Shown here: positions 45,234 to 56,599 of the stretch, in pieces
How the letters are laid out: every line of letters starts with the position of its first letter
Numbering within the stretch: position 1 is the first letter of the stretch
From: Schmidtea polychroa
Lineage: Eukaryota
Reading direction: 5' to 3'
DNA length: 64,000 nt
Assembly (NCBI GenBank): GCA_044892525.1
Contig: CM097885.1
Location: forward strand, 8,930,001 to 8,994,000
Made by a program: the position numbers and the translations under genes
The notes under the pieces: model-generated
Database searches by the model: none
What the model was told of the DNA's origin: nothing
What the model saw: the letters and a program-made list of their open reading frames with translations, nothing else

Positions 45234-46450
45234 TTTGTGGTAAATCTGAATTATGTATATTTGATAGACCATCGCTCCAGGCTGTAATAGAATTTGGGGC
45301 ATTTGAGGAAGTTTTTCCTATGAATTCAATTACCGATAGTAGAAATGATATCGTGTTTTATATTAATGGTTCGCAAACCGAATATTTAGATTTGAACGAT
45401 ACTTTATTGACTGTTCAGATTAAGGTTGTAGATAAAGATAGAAAAGCTTTGGATGCCAATGCAGATGTAATACCGAACAATTTCCTGTTTCATACTCTTT
45501 TTAAAGATGCAATGTTGGGATTTAATAATATCAAGATTGAGGGCGGAAATAATACATTCATTCACAAGGCATTAATAGAAACTATTTTAAATTACAATTC
45601 CGATACTAAAAATACATGTCTTACTCCTATGGGTTATGGCAGTGATGATGAAAGAAAAAAGTGGGTAAAAGGCTCAAAGGTTTTCACCATGTGCTCATCA
45701 TTACAACTTGATTTTATGGATCAACCAAAATATTTACTACCGGGAGTTAATGTACATATTAGACTGAAAAGGTCTGATTCTGCATTATCTCTTACTAGTG
45801 CAACTACTACACCAATATGTCAATTAGTTGATGCAAAATTATTGGTGAGAAGAGTTCGAGTAGACCCCTCAGTATTAGCAGGTCATCAATTGGGTCTTAA
45901 TTCAAAACATGCAATTTATCCATTAAAAACAAAGGAAATTGTACAATTTGCTATTGCTAAAGGTGCTTCATCATTCTATAAAGAACAAATATTTGGTGAC
46001 AGAAGAATGCCTAATTTTATTCTGGTAACATTTCAAAGTGAAGCACAATATAATGGATCATATACTGCGTCCACCTCAATTTTCAAAAACTTTGGTGTTA
46101 CTTCATTGACTTTGTCGAAAAATACTGATTATAGAGAAACATATATTCAAGATTTCGAGAATGATAATTACTGTGCGACATATATGCAGAGTATTGTTAG
46201 AAATCTGGGTTATTTAGATAAAAATTTGAATTGTGGAATAACTCTAGAAGATTTTAAAAGCAAATACCCATTTTTTACATTAGTTTTAGCCCCTGATTTT
46301 GATTTAAATCAAAGTCAATTACCTCAAAATGGAAATTTACGACTGGATATAAAGTTTGCAAAAGCTATTACTGAACCAGTACATGTTATAATATATGGAG
46401 TATTTGAAAATGAAGTTCAAATTACTGCAAATAGAACAGTGTTAGTATAA
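45230..46450 (+). CDS. Major capsid protein (double jelly-roll hexon), intact 406 aa
   Basis: CGKSELCIF...EYLDLNDTLL...NNFLFHTLF...QPKYLLPGVNVHIRLKRS...AIYPL...GNLRLDIKFAKA, typical of Polinton MCP. Confidence 0.92.
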   Translation: MICGKSELCIFDRPSLQAVIEFGAFEEVFPMNSITDSRNDIVFYINGSQTEYLDLNDTLLTVQIKVVDKDRKALDANADVIPNNFLFHTLFKDAMLGFNNIKIEGGNNTFIHKALIETILNYNSDTKNTCLTPMGYGSDDERKKWVKGSKVFTMCSSLQLDFMDQPKYLLPGVNVHIRLKRSDSALSLTSATTTPICQLVDAKLLVRRVRVDPSVLAGHQLGLNSKHAIYPLKTKEIVQFAIAKGASSFYKEQIFGDRRMPNFILVTFQSEAQYNGSYTASTSIFKNFGVTSLTLSKNTDYRETYIQDFENDNYCATYMQSIVRNLGYLDKNLNCGITLEDFKSKYPFFTLVLAPDFDLNQSQLPQNGNLRLDIKFAKAITEPVHVIIYGVFENEVQITANRTVLV

Positions 46451-46477
46451 ATGTATATTGAAACATAAAAAGTTGTC

Positions 46478-46862
46478 ATGGAGTAAGTTGTTTTTTATAC
46501 TCTGGATTTATTTAAGTAGTTCTGTTCAGGTCAATAAAATCGGAAAACAGATATTGGGAAATGAATTTGTTTGAGTTTTTCCTCTTGATAAAATTCCATA
46601 TTTGAGCAATAATCAAGCAATAATCGTCAATACTCAATCGTCTCATCTTGGTGGAGAACATTGGATAGCTATATATGTGAAACCTGGTAATATATTCGTG
46701 TTCGATCCTATGGGTTTTTATTACCCGGCTTTGTTGATATCAAAACTGCAAACAATGGGGAAACCTATTGTGTATAATAAAATTATGTTTCAAAATCCTT
46801 TGACCAAAACATGTGGTCAACATTGTTTAGCTTGGTTATTGTACAAAAAATCTGATGTTTAA
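46478..46862 (+). pseudogene. Adenain-like cysteine maturation protease; probable 37-nt intron and one in-frame TGA
   Basis: ATG GA|gtaagt...tag|T gives MDSVQV; FV*VFP (TGA 46572-46574 where G is expected); IVNT...GEHWIA; VFDPMG; FQ....TCGQHC (H-D-Q-C catalytic set). Confidence 0.9.
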
Positions 46863-47295
46863 TAAATTTGATGTTTAATAAATGTATCCTTTCCTTTGTT
46901 GTTGTGATTAATATTATTATTTTAATATTATTATTATTTTTAATTAATATTATTATTATTTCGAAAAATATTATTATTTTTAATTAATTTTATTATTATT
47001 CATATAAATATTATTAATTCGAGATAAAGACTACCTATGCCTGAAGCATGCACAGTGCAAGTTAACAAAGGCATGACTAACAAAGACAGTCACATGTAAT
47101 TTCAGAGTGATTTACATGTATGCGTGTGATTGGTTGAGAGAGTAAAATATTCAGTGTATATGCGTGTGTGTCTATATTCTGATTGGCTGGGACAGGAAAA
47201 TATTCATTCTCTTTATAAACATTGACAAATCTAAAATTTGTCACAATTATTTTAAAATTTTCAAAAATTTTCAACAATTTTCAACAATTTTCAAA

Positions 47296-47965
47296 ATGGA
47301 CAAAAATAATATTTTAAGAAGCATGATGGCTTGCGATAATGGTATATTATTTATTTTTATTTATTTTTTATATATTTATTTGTAGATGATTTATGGTACC
47401 AGGTGACCGAAAACGAGAATGGATTTAATTTGAATTGCACCTATGGTAATTTTATTTTTTTTTTATTTATTAATATTATTATTATTTAGATGTTATAATG
47501 TTGAGTGACGAAGAAGACGAAATAATAATTATTAGCGATGAAGAGGAATCACCAATTATTAATCATCACGACTTATCAAGTAAATTATTATTATTTTTAT
47601 TATTTAATTTAAAAAAACTGTTTTAGGAAATAGTCAAAGAGAAAATTCCCCCAATTTTGTTGGAGAAACAGAAAATTTAATAGGTGCAATCATTGAAGAT
47701 ACACGTAAATTTTTATTATTATTATATGTAATTTTTAAAAATTGATTTAGGAAGTTCAATTATTTTGGAGGACATATATGATCCTATTATGGATGATCTA
47801 TATGCTCCCATTAATGTGGATGTCAAGGAAATTGCTCCAGAGACAAAATTATTTAATACCCCTATTCGGGATGCTTCTATTCATGAGGTTTTTGATGCCC
47901 CCACTTTAACCGGGGATGTCCTCTCTGAGAATGATACAGATTCAGATTCTGAATCTAAATGTTAG
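47296..47965 (+). CDS. Element accessory gene: 5-exon acidic protein (162 aa) with tandem SIM-like motifs
   Basis: Exons 47296-47341, 47386-47445, 47490-47579, 47627-47704, 47751-47965. Four 44-47-nt GT-AG phase-1 introns splice to a stop-free frame containing DVIMLSDEEDEIIIISDEEE. Confidence 0.8.
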
Positions 47966-48207
47966 TATTTTTTATTTTATTTATTTTATAAATATTTATT
48001 TTAATAATTTCTTAAATTAAAAATAACATTCTGTAGAATATTTAAATTATTTTAAACATAAATTTTATATGAAACATGATGAAAATTATATGAAACATGA
48101 TGAAAATTATATGAAACATGATGAAAATTATATGAAACATGATGAAGTTTATATGAAATTAATGATTCTAACTAATCTAGAGAATGTTATTTTTATTTAA
48201 GTTTAGA

Positions 48208-48288
<81 letters not shown>

Positions 48289-48307
48289 TTTAATAATAAT
48301 AATAATA

Positions 48308-48401
<94 letters not shown>

Positions 48402-48402
<1 letters not shown>

Positions 48403-49059
48403 CAAAGTCGTACCTGATTGGATGATTGACAAATCACCCGCAAATTACTTAGTAAATTTTGAACATTTTTGAAAATTTTAACCATAAATCAGTCTCTGAC
48501 TAAAAAATTAATAACTTTTGTACCACTGATGATAAAAATTATTTCTATGGCTTAAAAGATAGATTTTCGTCTGGCCTTCAAATTGATGTATAATTATTTA
48601 AATAATTTTGAAAATTGAAAAGGTTCTGGGAAGTCAAAAGGTATGTCACCGCTAGATCACTTAATAATATTTTTGAAAAATAATAATAATTTTAACCAAA
48701 TTAGTGTCTGACTAAAAAATTAATAACTTTTGTACCACTGATGATAAAAATTATTTCTATGGCTCAAAAGATAGATTTTCGCCCGGCCTTCAAAATGATG
48801 TATAAATATTTAAATAATTTTGAAAATTGAAAAAGTTCTGGGAAGTCAAAAGGTATGTCACCGCTAGATCACTTAATAATAATAATCGATAATTAAAACA
48901 AAAAAAAAATCTTTGTTTCAATGACCTCGATGAGTCATTGTCTTTGTTAAAAATTTGACCTTGAAAAAAAAATTTCTTAAAAATTTTTTCCCCCCCCGGG
49001 GGGGGGGGGGGTAGGTGATCTAGCGGTGACATGATCTGGCGGTGACACATCCATCTACT
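48402..49059 (-). repeat. Right TIR with internal ~210-bp tandem duplication, preceded by (AAT)n 48208-48401
   Basis: Reverse complement of the left TIR; the block gactaaaaaattaataac...caccgctagatcacttaataat occurs twice (~48478-48690, ~48691-48880). Confidence 0.95.
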
Positions 49060-50154
49060 TAAATAAGATATAAAATAACTTTTTGTAAGTTTTCTAAAAT
49101 AAAATCATTCTGAATATATCCGTAATATTTGTCTAAACTTCTTATTTATTAAACTGTATCATTTTACATTAATTCTGAAACTGAATTTTAAATTTTAACT
49201 TTGTTTCCGTCACTAATCAGAATTTTTGTTTACTTATTCTGAGAAATCCAATTCATTTTGATAAATACCACTAAATCACGAAACTCAACTTTTATTTCCA
49301 CAATTTGTTAGTTGAAACCTTTTGTCAAGAGTTTTCAAATGTGTATTTTATTTTGCTCATATGCAATATTTTTATAAAATAGTTTTATCAATTGCGATTA
49401 TATTTAGCTTATTAAACATTCCATTATTTGTAATAATATTTTTTTAATATTTATTTGGCTTTGAAAATTCTATTACAATATTGTAACTAATAAAATAAAA
49501 ATTTTAATTATTATAGCATTGTGATCGTGATTTGGCTGCAATACTGACTGGAAACTTCTATCTGTATTGTTGATAAGAGTTTTGTTGTTGAGCTTCATCA
49601 TTTTCGTTTTCTTCTTAAAAGTGCGCATGTTTCTAGTTTCTGATTATTTAAACAATCCTTTTTTTCTCTTAGTAAATTTTTAATATAAATATTTAACATA
49701 AATATATAAATTTTTAATATAATATATAAAACTTCTATAAAATGGGCGCACTACATACAATCCATGCATTTCAATGCATCATTTCCCTAGTGCAAAATGA
49801 AGTCCCACGATGTCTTTTTCTGTCTTATTATAACATTTTAGAATTTTCACCTCTGATTACTTTTCAATTGACATTGTATTTATTAAAAAATTGACTATGA
49901 ATTAGTAATATTTCGATATTCACGAATTTTCGGCACTGCCTTTTCAAGTGATTTTTGTTCTTGGTTAGAGAAATCTTTACTTTCTATTTAATCATTTGAA
50001 TATTAAAGTAAATTTACTAACAAACTATAAATACATAATGCAATATTTAAAAAGACACAACTTTTATTTTTATAAACTTCATCCAATTTATAAAATCAAT
50101 TAATTAAATTTTATATTCACAACGAAAGTCCGAACATAAATCAAAACACTCATA

Positions 50155-50270
50155 AGTAGGTAGTTAGTGCATTACGGCAGCAATGACCCCCGGGAGGGGG
50201 GGGTTCTGCTGCTGTAGACATTTTCTGCTTTTTTGATTACATAATTGCTGCCGTAATGCCCAATGTTATT
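50155..50270 (+). mobile_element. Candidate left terminus of a more divergent AGTAG-starting element
   Basis: AGTAG at 50155 truncates the 800-bp repeat copy. Perfect 16-bp inverted repeat 50169-50184 / 50244-50259 with an adjacent C/G tract, the same layout as the Polinton TIRs. Confidence 0.45.
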
Positions 50271-50399
50271 TTTTCTGGGATTTTCAATACAAAAATTTTT
50301 TTCAATACAAAAAGCCAAGGTTTATTCGGACTATAGTGAGGGGGTCACCTTGGTCCTGAGGATTTCAATAGAAAGGGTGATCTACACTAAAAAAGCGTG

Positions 50400-50812
50400 G
50401 TAAAATTTTGAATTGCAGTAAATTAATGGCTCAGATTTTTAAATTACAGTAAATTATGGTCTAAAAATTTTAAAATAAAGTAAATTAAGGTCTATATTTT
50501 TGAATTACAGTAAATTATGGTCAAAAAATTTGAATTTCAGCAAATTATGGACTCAGATTTTTGAAATAAAGTAAATTATGGGTCTAAAAATTGAATTATG
50601 GTCTAAAATTTTAAATTAAAGTTAATTAAAGTTCAAATTTTGAATTAAAGTAAATTATGGTCCAAAAAAATTTAATTAAAGTAAATTAAGATCTAAATTT
50701 TTAAATTAAAGTAAATTAAGGTTCAAATTAGTAAATTATGGTCTAAAAATGGAATTAAAGTAATCAATGGGCTCAAATAAGTTAATTCAGGTTCTAAAAA
50801 ATTAAATTAAAT
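50400..50812. repeat. Degenerate ~30-bp tandem repeat
   Basis: Variants of ttttgaattacagtaaattatggtctaaa. Confidence 0.8.
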
Positions 50813-51258
50813 TAAGAGTTTGGTGTTCCAGAGAGTCTAAAAATCCTGGCCCAGCTTTTCCCAGATTGGTTAGTGATTTTTGAAGCACCTGCCTTATTCA
50901 AGATATTATAAATTGATTCTAGGTCATAATAAAATAGATTTATCCGGCTGAGCTCTTCTATTTTATCCATCAGAGCTAGGGCTCTCTTGTCCATAACGGT
51001 TGATCTGTCAGTTTCTCCTCTCATACATCTACCAATGTAAGAAGCATTGCTGGAGGTGGGATTCGTTAGATTGCTGAGATCATTCCAGTTCTGAACGAGC
51101 TCCTTGCTGCTGAGGCCCTTTCTTAAGAAGAAAATTTTAATATTATTAATAGCAAATATTAAATTCTCTGGCCATGATCCATTTGTATACAATAAAGCAT
51201 CCGAGTTCTGCCCGGTGCTACCGAATGTTATATAGTTAGTTGCTAAAAGTTTTTGCAC
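50812..51258 (-). CDS. Unassigned 148-codon ORF
   Basis: Stop-free, higher GC than its surroundings and protein-like composition; GTG start; no family recognised. Confidence 0.35.
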   Translation of the reverse strand: MQKLLATNYITFGSTGQNSDALLYTNGSWPENLIFAINNIKIFFLRKGLSSKELVQNWNDLSNLTNPTSSNASYIGRCMRGETDRSTVMDKRALALMDKIEELSRINLFYYDLESIYNILNKAGASKITNQSGKSWARIFRLSGTPNS

Positions 51259-51854
51259 ATTTTAAATTAAAATTTATTTAATGGTGAGTCACCAATAAAT
51301 GGTGAACACATCAAGCACCATTATACAAACTGTATGTCAGGGGTTTCTGGTGTAGTCACACTTACTCCTGGTAGTCAGGCGAAAAAATTCCGATTGAGGC
51401 CGGTTGGTAATACTCGAAACTTTGTTTCCTAAATAAATCTCTTGAATCGGAACAGAAGGAATATATATATATATATATATAAACAACATCACATGAGCAC
51501 ACAAACAAGTAGACAAATGAGAAGAGCTCAATGAAGATGACAATAAAAGCCCAGAAAATTAACAATTTCGTGGAAGATGGATGCCTTCAGAAATGATAAT
51601 CGAAATGAACAAAATGGAGAAAGTACTAAAAGTTGTTAGATTGCTTAAATTAATTTATAAATGAATGTATATATGACTCTAATTACCAGTATTGTTCTCC
51701 CTTATTGAGAATATGCTTGTAGTCCCTAGAATCTCGTTTCAATTTGACTTATTCTCGAAAGCGTGTACAGGCGTCACAAATATACTTTAAAAGTTAATAT
51801 ATGCAAATAATATTAGATAAAATGATGATTTTTTAGTAGCGGCATTTATTAAAT

Positions 51855-52011
51855 TTTAAACAATTAAATGATAATTTAAGCCTGTTTCTGCGAATAATAT
51901 ATTTTATACAAATGAAAACATTTTCGACTATAAGATAGTTGAAAATGTTTTCATTTGTATTACATATATTATTCGCAGCAAAAGGCTTAAGTTATCATTT
52001 AATTGTTTAAA
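51855..52011. repeat. ~157-bp near-perfect palindrome (foldback/MITE-like)
   Basis: ~77-bp arms tttaaacaattaaatgataa...cattttcgactat / atagttgaaaatg...ttatcatttaattgtttaaa around a 3-nt loop. Confidence 0.9.
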
Positions 52012-52021
52012 CATTAAATAA

Positions 52022-52573
52022 CTAGGTTTTCCTCGGGCGCCTACGGCGACCTTTGTTTCTGAATCCCAAGTCCTTCATGTGAATGAGTTCAGTAAAAAGA
52101 ATGAGTAATTAATTTTCAGTTCATAAGAATGATTTATTTATTACAAAATTATACACAATATTGCGCGTGAAAATACGATTGTCGTTGAGTAAATGACGTT
52201 GTTGAGGATTTGGCTAAATTTTGATCGTGGCTTGATTTGCATTTCGAGAACGGAATGTTGCGACATAGAATTGCCAATGCGAAATTACTGAAGTTTGAAG
52301 ACTAAAGGTTCGAAAGAAATAAAATTTAATTTCTCTTACCGAATATATAGTGGAATCTTTTTGACAAAGAGATGTGTCGAATTTCAATAATTTCAGTCTT
52401 TTTAAATCACAACTGAAAATTAAGGCAATTCTGGTTTACGTTAGATAATAAACTAATAATAACTACTTACAATTGTTAATGATATTATTATAATTTTTTA
52501 AAATAATCATAGTAAGCATTTAGCGTTACAGAATCAGTGAGTGAGTGAGTGACCTGAACCTTTATATAGAAGA
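52022..52573 (-). mobile_element. Non-autonomous Helitron
   Basis: On the minus strand: 5' TC (tcttctatataaa), (CACT)n, GC hairpin ggtcgccgtaggcgccc shortly before a 3' CTAG; inserted between A and T. Confidence 0.8.
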
Positions 52574-53016
52574 TTAGAATTATTAAATTTAGAATATTAT
52601 TGGATAATAATGATAATTAGATAAAAATGTTGGTAAGTACTTATAAGAGTGCTACAAGCCAGGAAAGATAAAGAATTGCTGTTCTAGAGATAAAAATAGA
52701 TTTAATGAAAACGTTTATAATAGTTATTCACTTTGTTATTTTTACAATATGCGATTAAAACAGTTTTCTTAAAATTTATATTTCACTGGCATTTTCGTTA
52801 TCTTAACAAAATATTGAAATAAACATAAAAGGTAAAAAGGATAAAAGATTTTATTAAATTCTCTAATATTACAAGTTATATAATTCTTGCCGTAACCAAT
52901 CATAAGATATCAACGCTATGATTGGATAAATAATATTAATAATATAATTGGTTAAAAATTTGTAATAAAATCTTCATCCAAATATCATATTTTGATATTA
53001 TTTTGAATTGTTTAAA

Positions 53017-53737
53017 ATGATATTTTTGCATATTTTATTTAAACTTTTTCTTTGGAATTCCTTACAGGTGGGTTTGAATAGTTTATCAAGTTGGAAACCG
53101 GCGAATTCGTCGAGTTTGTGTGAAAGCAATCAAGTTATTTCGTCAGAATCAAACCTGATTTCATGTCTTATTCACTGTGAGATTAGTAAATGTTGTCAAG
53201 CTAAATTTCTGAAAGGCCAACAAAAATGTTTGTTATTTTATTCAAAAGAAATTTTGTATCCCAATAAAGGGTTTTATTCGCTGGCATTGAAGAATTCAAC
53301 GTGTACCGATGAAATTAGTGAAAATGATATAAGAATTAATGAAAAATACTTTGCAAATAATAATACAAAGACCATAAATAATAGTTTTGAAACTTGTAAG
53401 CGTTCTAAGGCTGAGGTTGCAGAATTCAACAACTTCCACGAGGCATCAATTTTGATCAACCAAATTAAATACACTGAAACAAGTAGCCATCCTTTTGGTC
53501 TTTTTAATATTTTTGATTTTTATAGATAGAGAAACGATAAAATTTATGATCGGGGCAATACGAATTTCGGATAAACAGTTCCAATGGATGAGATCGAAAA
53601 AGGTCTTCTCTTTAAACACTACTAGTATAAAGCCAAGTTTCGAAGAATACGTTGCAGTGATTAAAGATCATAACGGGGCGACTTTAATTAGGTTTAATGT
53701 TTCACATCTTGGAGTATTATGCGAATGTTTTCCTTGA
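53017..53737 (+). CDS. Secreted PAN/apple + C-type-lectin-like protein (2 exons)
   Basis: Hydrophobic N-terminus; CLIHCEISKC...CLLF (PAN-like); intron 53483-53525; TCKRSKAEVAEF...FMIGA...FQW...LCE (CTLD-like). Confidence 0.6.
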
Positions 53738-54269
53738 AATTTGCTCGGAAGAAAATTTAATAATTTTAAGAGTTTCTAAAACTCAAATAAAAAATTTTAA
53801 AAAAATATTTCGTCAAAAAATATTAAAACATAATTCTATATAAATTCATAAAATATCTAATTAAATCATTTTTATTTTATTCACTTCTGTATGACTGTAC
53901 AACAGGGTAATAACTATTATCATTATTTTTCGTAACGAAACTGAAACACCTTACATTCGAGGAACAATTGTATGCAGATAACAGTAGCAACATTAATTTT
54001 TTGGAAAATTGAAAAATTTCCCCACCTTTTTATTTTTCTTTTTCACACATCGCACAGTTTGACTATCGGTTTCAAGTTCACACTGATTTTTTATATGACG
54101 TTCTAGACTGCTTTTAAGCACATTCCGTCAGCTGTTTCTATTTGTTTATAAACAAGGTATTTATTTACAGATAGTTGTTAATTTTTTTTCTTTGTTTTGA
54201 TTATTTTGGATAAACTATCTCGTTTTCAGTGCAAGATTGCAAGTCTTACAGAGAGGAAGAAAATTACAA

Positions 54270-55500
54270 GATATTTAATAACTTTTAAAGCACAAGAAAA
54301 TGTCTTATAGAAATTCAAGCAACAGTGTAAAGTCAAACAGTGTATTTTGATGAATAATCTACACTTATCTTCTAAACAGAAAATGGATCCAGAGATTTCA
54401 TCTGTTGAAAAGCTAACCAATCTCACACAGATGCCGACAAACTGTCAAATTATTGGAATTGGTGTGGATGAAAGATTGGTTATTCATTGGTCAAACAAGC
54501 CTCTTTAGAAACTCAAGAAAATGAATCCGACTATCAAAAACTCAGCCTCAAGCCAGCTCTTTTCAATCGCAACCCAGATAAACACATAAAACTGTCTTAG
54601 ATTCTTCGGATTCTGAAACCTCTGCTTCTTTACCCAAGTCGCCAACCTCTTCTTCCACGTCATTTTCTGCTGAATGCAAAGCGAAATATCAAAGAGCAAG
54701 CAATACTACAGCGTGTTTACTAGTACTGAAAACAACATTTCTACACATAAAGCACATGACATTCTTGCAACCATTACTGAACAGGGTCATGATGTGTCGG
54801 TTCCAAGTCAGGCGGGTGTCTGGAAACGAGTAAATTCTGAAGGAATGAAAATGAAAACCAACATTGTTCAAAAACTACATAGCAAAGATCCCTATTGTCT
54901 CCAGTACTGCAAGGGGAAAAGTATCAAGTAGTTCTGCTGAAAAATATGACAACCGAAATCAAACTTGGTATTCTTAAATGTGAGAGTGGTTCTGCCGCGG
55001 CCATTCACAAATAACTACATCAGCTAATTGATGAATACATGCTTGGAAAAATATCAGCATGGTAATTGTGACACGACCGCAGTAAATACTGGTCGTTTCC
55101 ACGGGACAGTAAAGCTCATACAGGATGATGTATTGAGCAAGGCTTTTAGAAGCTACAATATATTAGCTGTCTGCACCATGTTCTCGACCTCCTTTTGAAG
55201 CTTGTCATTAATTTTCATATTCAAGATCCAACGAGCAGACCAGAACTCAACTATTCCTTCACTGAAAAATTAACAGAAAAGTATGTCCTCTTCAGGCTGA
55301 TTACCACCACGTTGCGACAGATGATGTTAACACAGGCGAGAACCCTGTATGGCGAGATGATTTTAAATTCTTATATGAACTATGTCAGGCATATCGTGAT
55401 TACAAAACAACTTCACACTGGCCACGAATCAACTGGAAGAAACTCCCAAATTTACAGCAGGTAAGATGGAACTGACGTGCGATATATACTTTTTAAAATC
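54270..55500 (+). pseudogene. Degenerate DDE transposase remnant (probably hAT superfamily)
   Basis: CDTTAVNTGRFHG and ISCLHHVLDLLL (DTTxxNTG ... CxxH) at ~55067-55200; many stops and frameshifts; boundaries approximate. Confidence 0.6.
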
Positions 55501-55869
55501 ATTTAATTCATTTGTAAACATTTTTTCATTACATGATTTTCATCAGATTATAAAAAAATATAATTGCCATCATATAGACGTCGGTTTCGCATATATTTAT
55601 TCAATTTTTAAACTCTATATTAACTTCACTTTGAATGTATGTTTCAATTTTTGTATGAGCCACGTAAATCTTAATTAACCCATATCCCCTGATCGGATCG
55701 AGCTAAAATTTGCTAGATAGATTTGTCGTCGAGAACAATGCATTCTTTCAAAATTTTGACCAAAGGTACTATAATAAACTTTTTTGAAAATTTTCAATTT
55801 TATTAATTTTATTAAAAAAAATTTCATTCAAAATATGAATAAAATGTTCCTTTCAAAGTAATTTCTTAA

Positions 55870-56096
55870 CCCTTTCTAAGTCAAAGGAAACTAAAAGGGA
55901 TGTAAAACTCAAAGTTTATTAATAATAATTATATAATAAACAAATGATCATAAAAAAATAAAAACAGAAAAAAACAAAAGAGGCTTTTAGGGAGAAGGGG
56001 TGGCACTACCTTTCAGTGACATTGCATCAAGAAATTCCAGGATATTTTTAGTAGTTTAAAATGGTGTACAGTATATTGCCACCACCTTAGAAAGGG
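55870..56096. mobile_element. piggyBac-type MITE (second copy)
   Basis: TTAA flanks; ccctttctaag / cttagaaaggg; ends shared with 24721-24934. Confidence 0.85.
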
Positions 56097-56414
56097 TTAA
56101 CTAGATAATTTTGTGAAATATTAAATATTTCATAGCATTGAGCACAAATATTGAAATTTTAATTTTGAGAGAATGTAAGAGAGTTTTAAAAACTATGTTT
56201 TTACAGTTAGTTTTTAGAGATTTTTATTGGAAAATTCAAAAACATACACAAAATATATAGTAAATAAAGAACAGAAAATTGGATTGGATTGGAAAAAAGT
56301 AAAAGTTGTGATTTTCTTCCCTCACATTTGATTGGTTATAGGTCGTCTTTTACATAAAATTTACATAAAATATTTGATTTTTTTTGTTCAATATTTGTAA
56401 ATTATCGCTATATA

Positions 56415-56599
56415 CCGTATTTTAGCGAATATAGTGCGCTCCGCTGGATAGTGCGCACCTAAATTTCGCGCTCGATTTGGAAAAAAAGTTTGAAAAATAC
56501 CGTATTTTAGCGAATTTTGACCTGTCTTATATAATGCGCATCGGTATTTTAGAAAAAAGTACACAAAAAAAAGTGCGCACTATAATCGCTAAAATACGG
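56415..56599. mobile_element. Tc1/mariner (pogo-like) MITE
   Basis: TA flanks; TIR ccgtattttagcga.tatagtgcgc / gcgcactata.tcgctaaaatacgg. Confidence 0.85.

Noticed and set aside
47429..47445. Rb-binding LxCxE motif in the acidic accessory protein
   Set aside because: The sequence is LNCTY(D), lacking the acidic residue at position 5.
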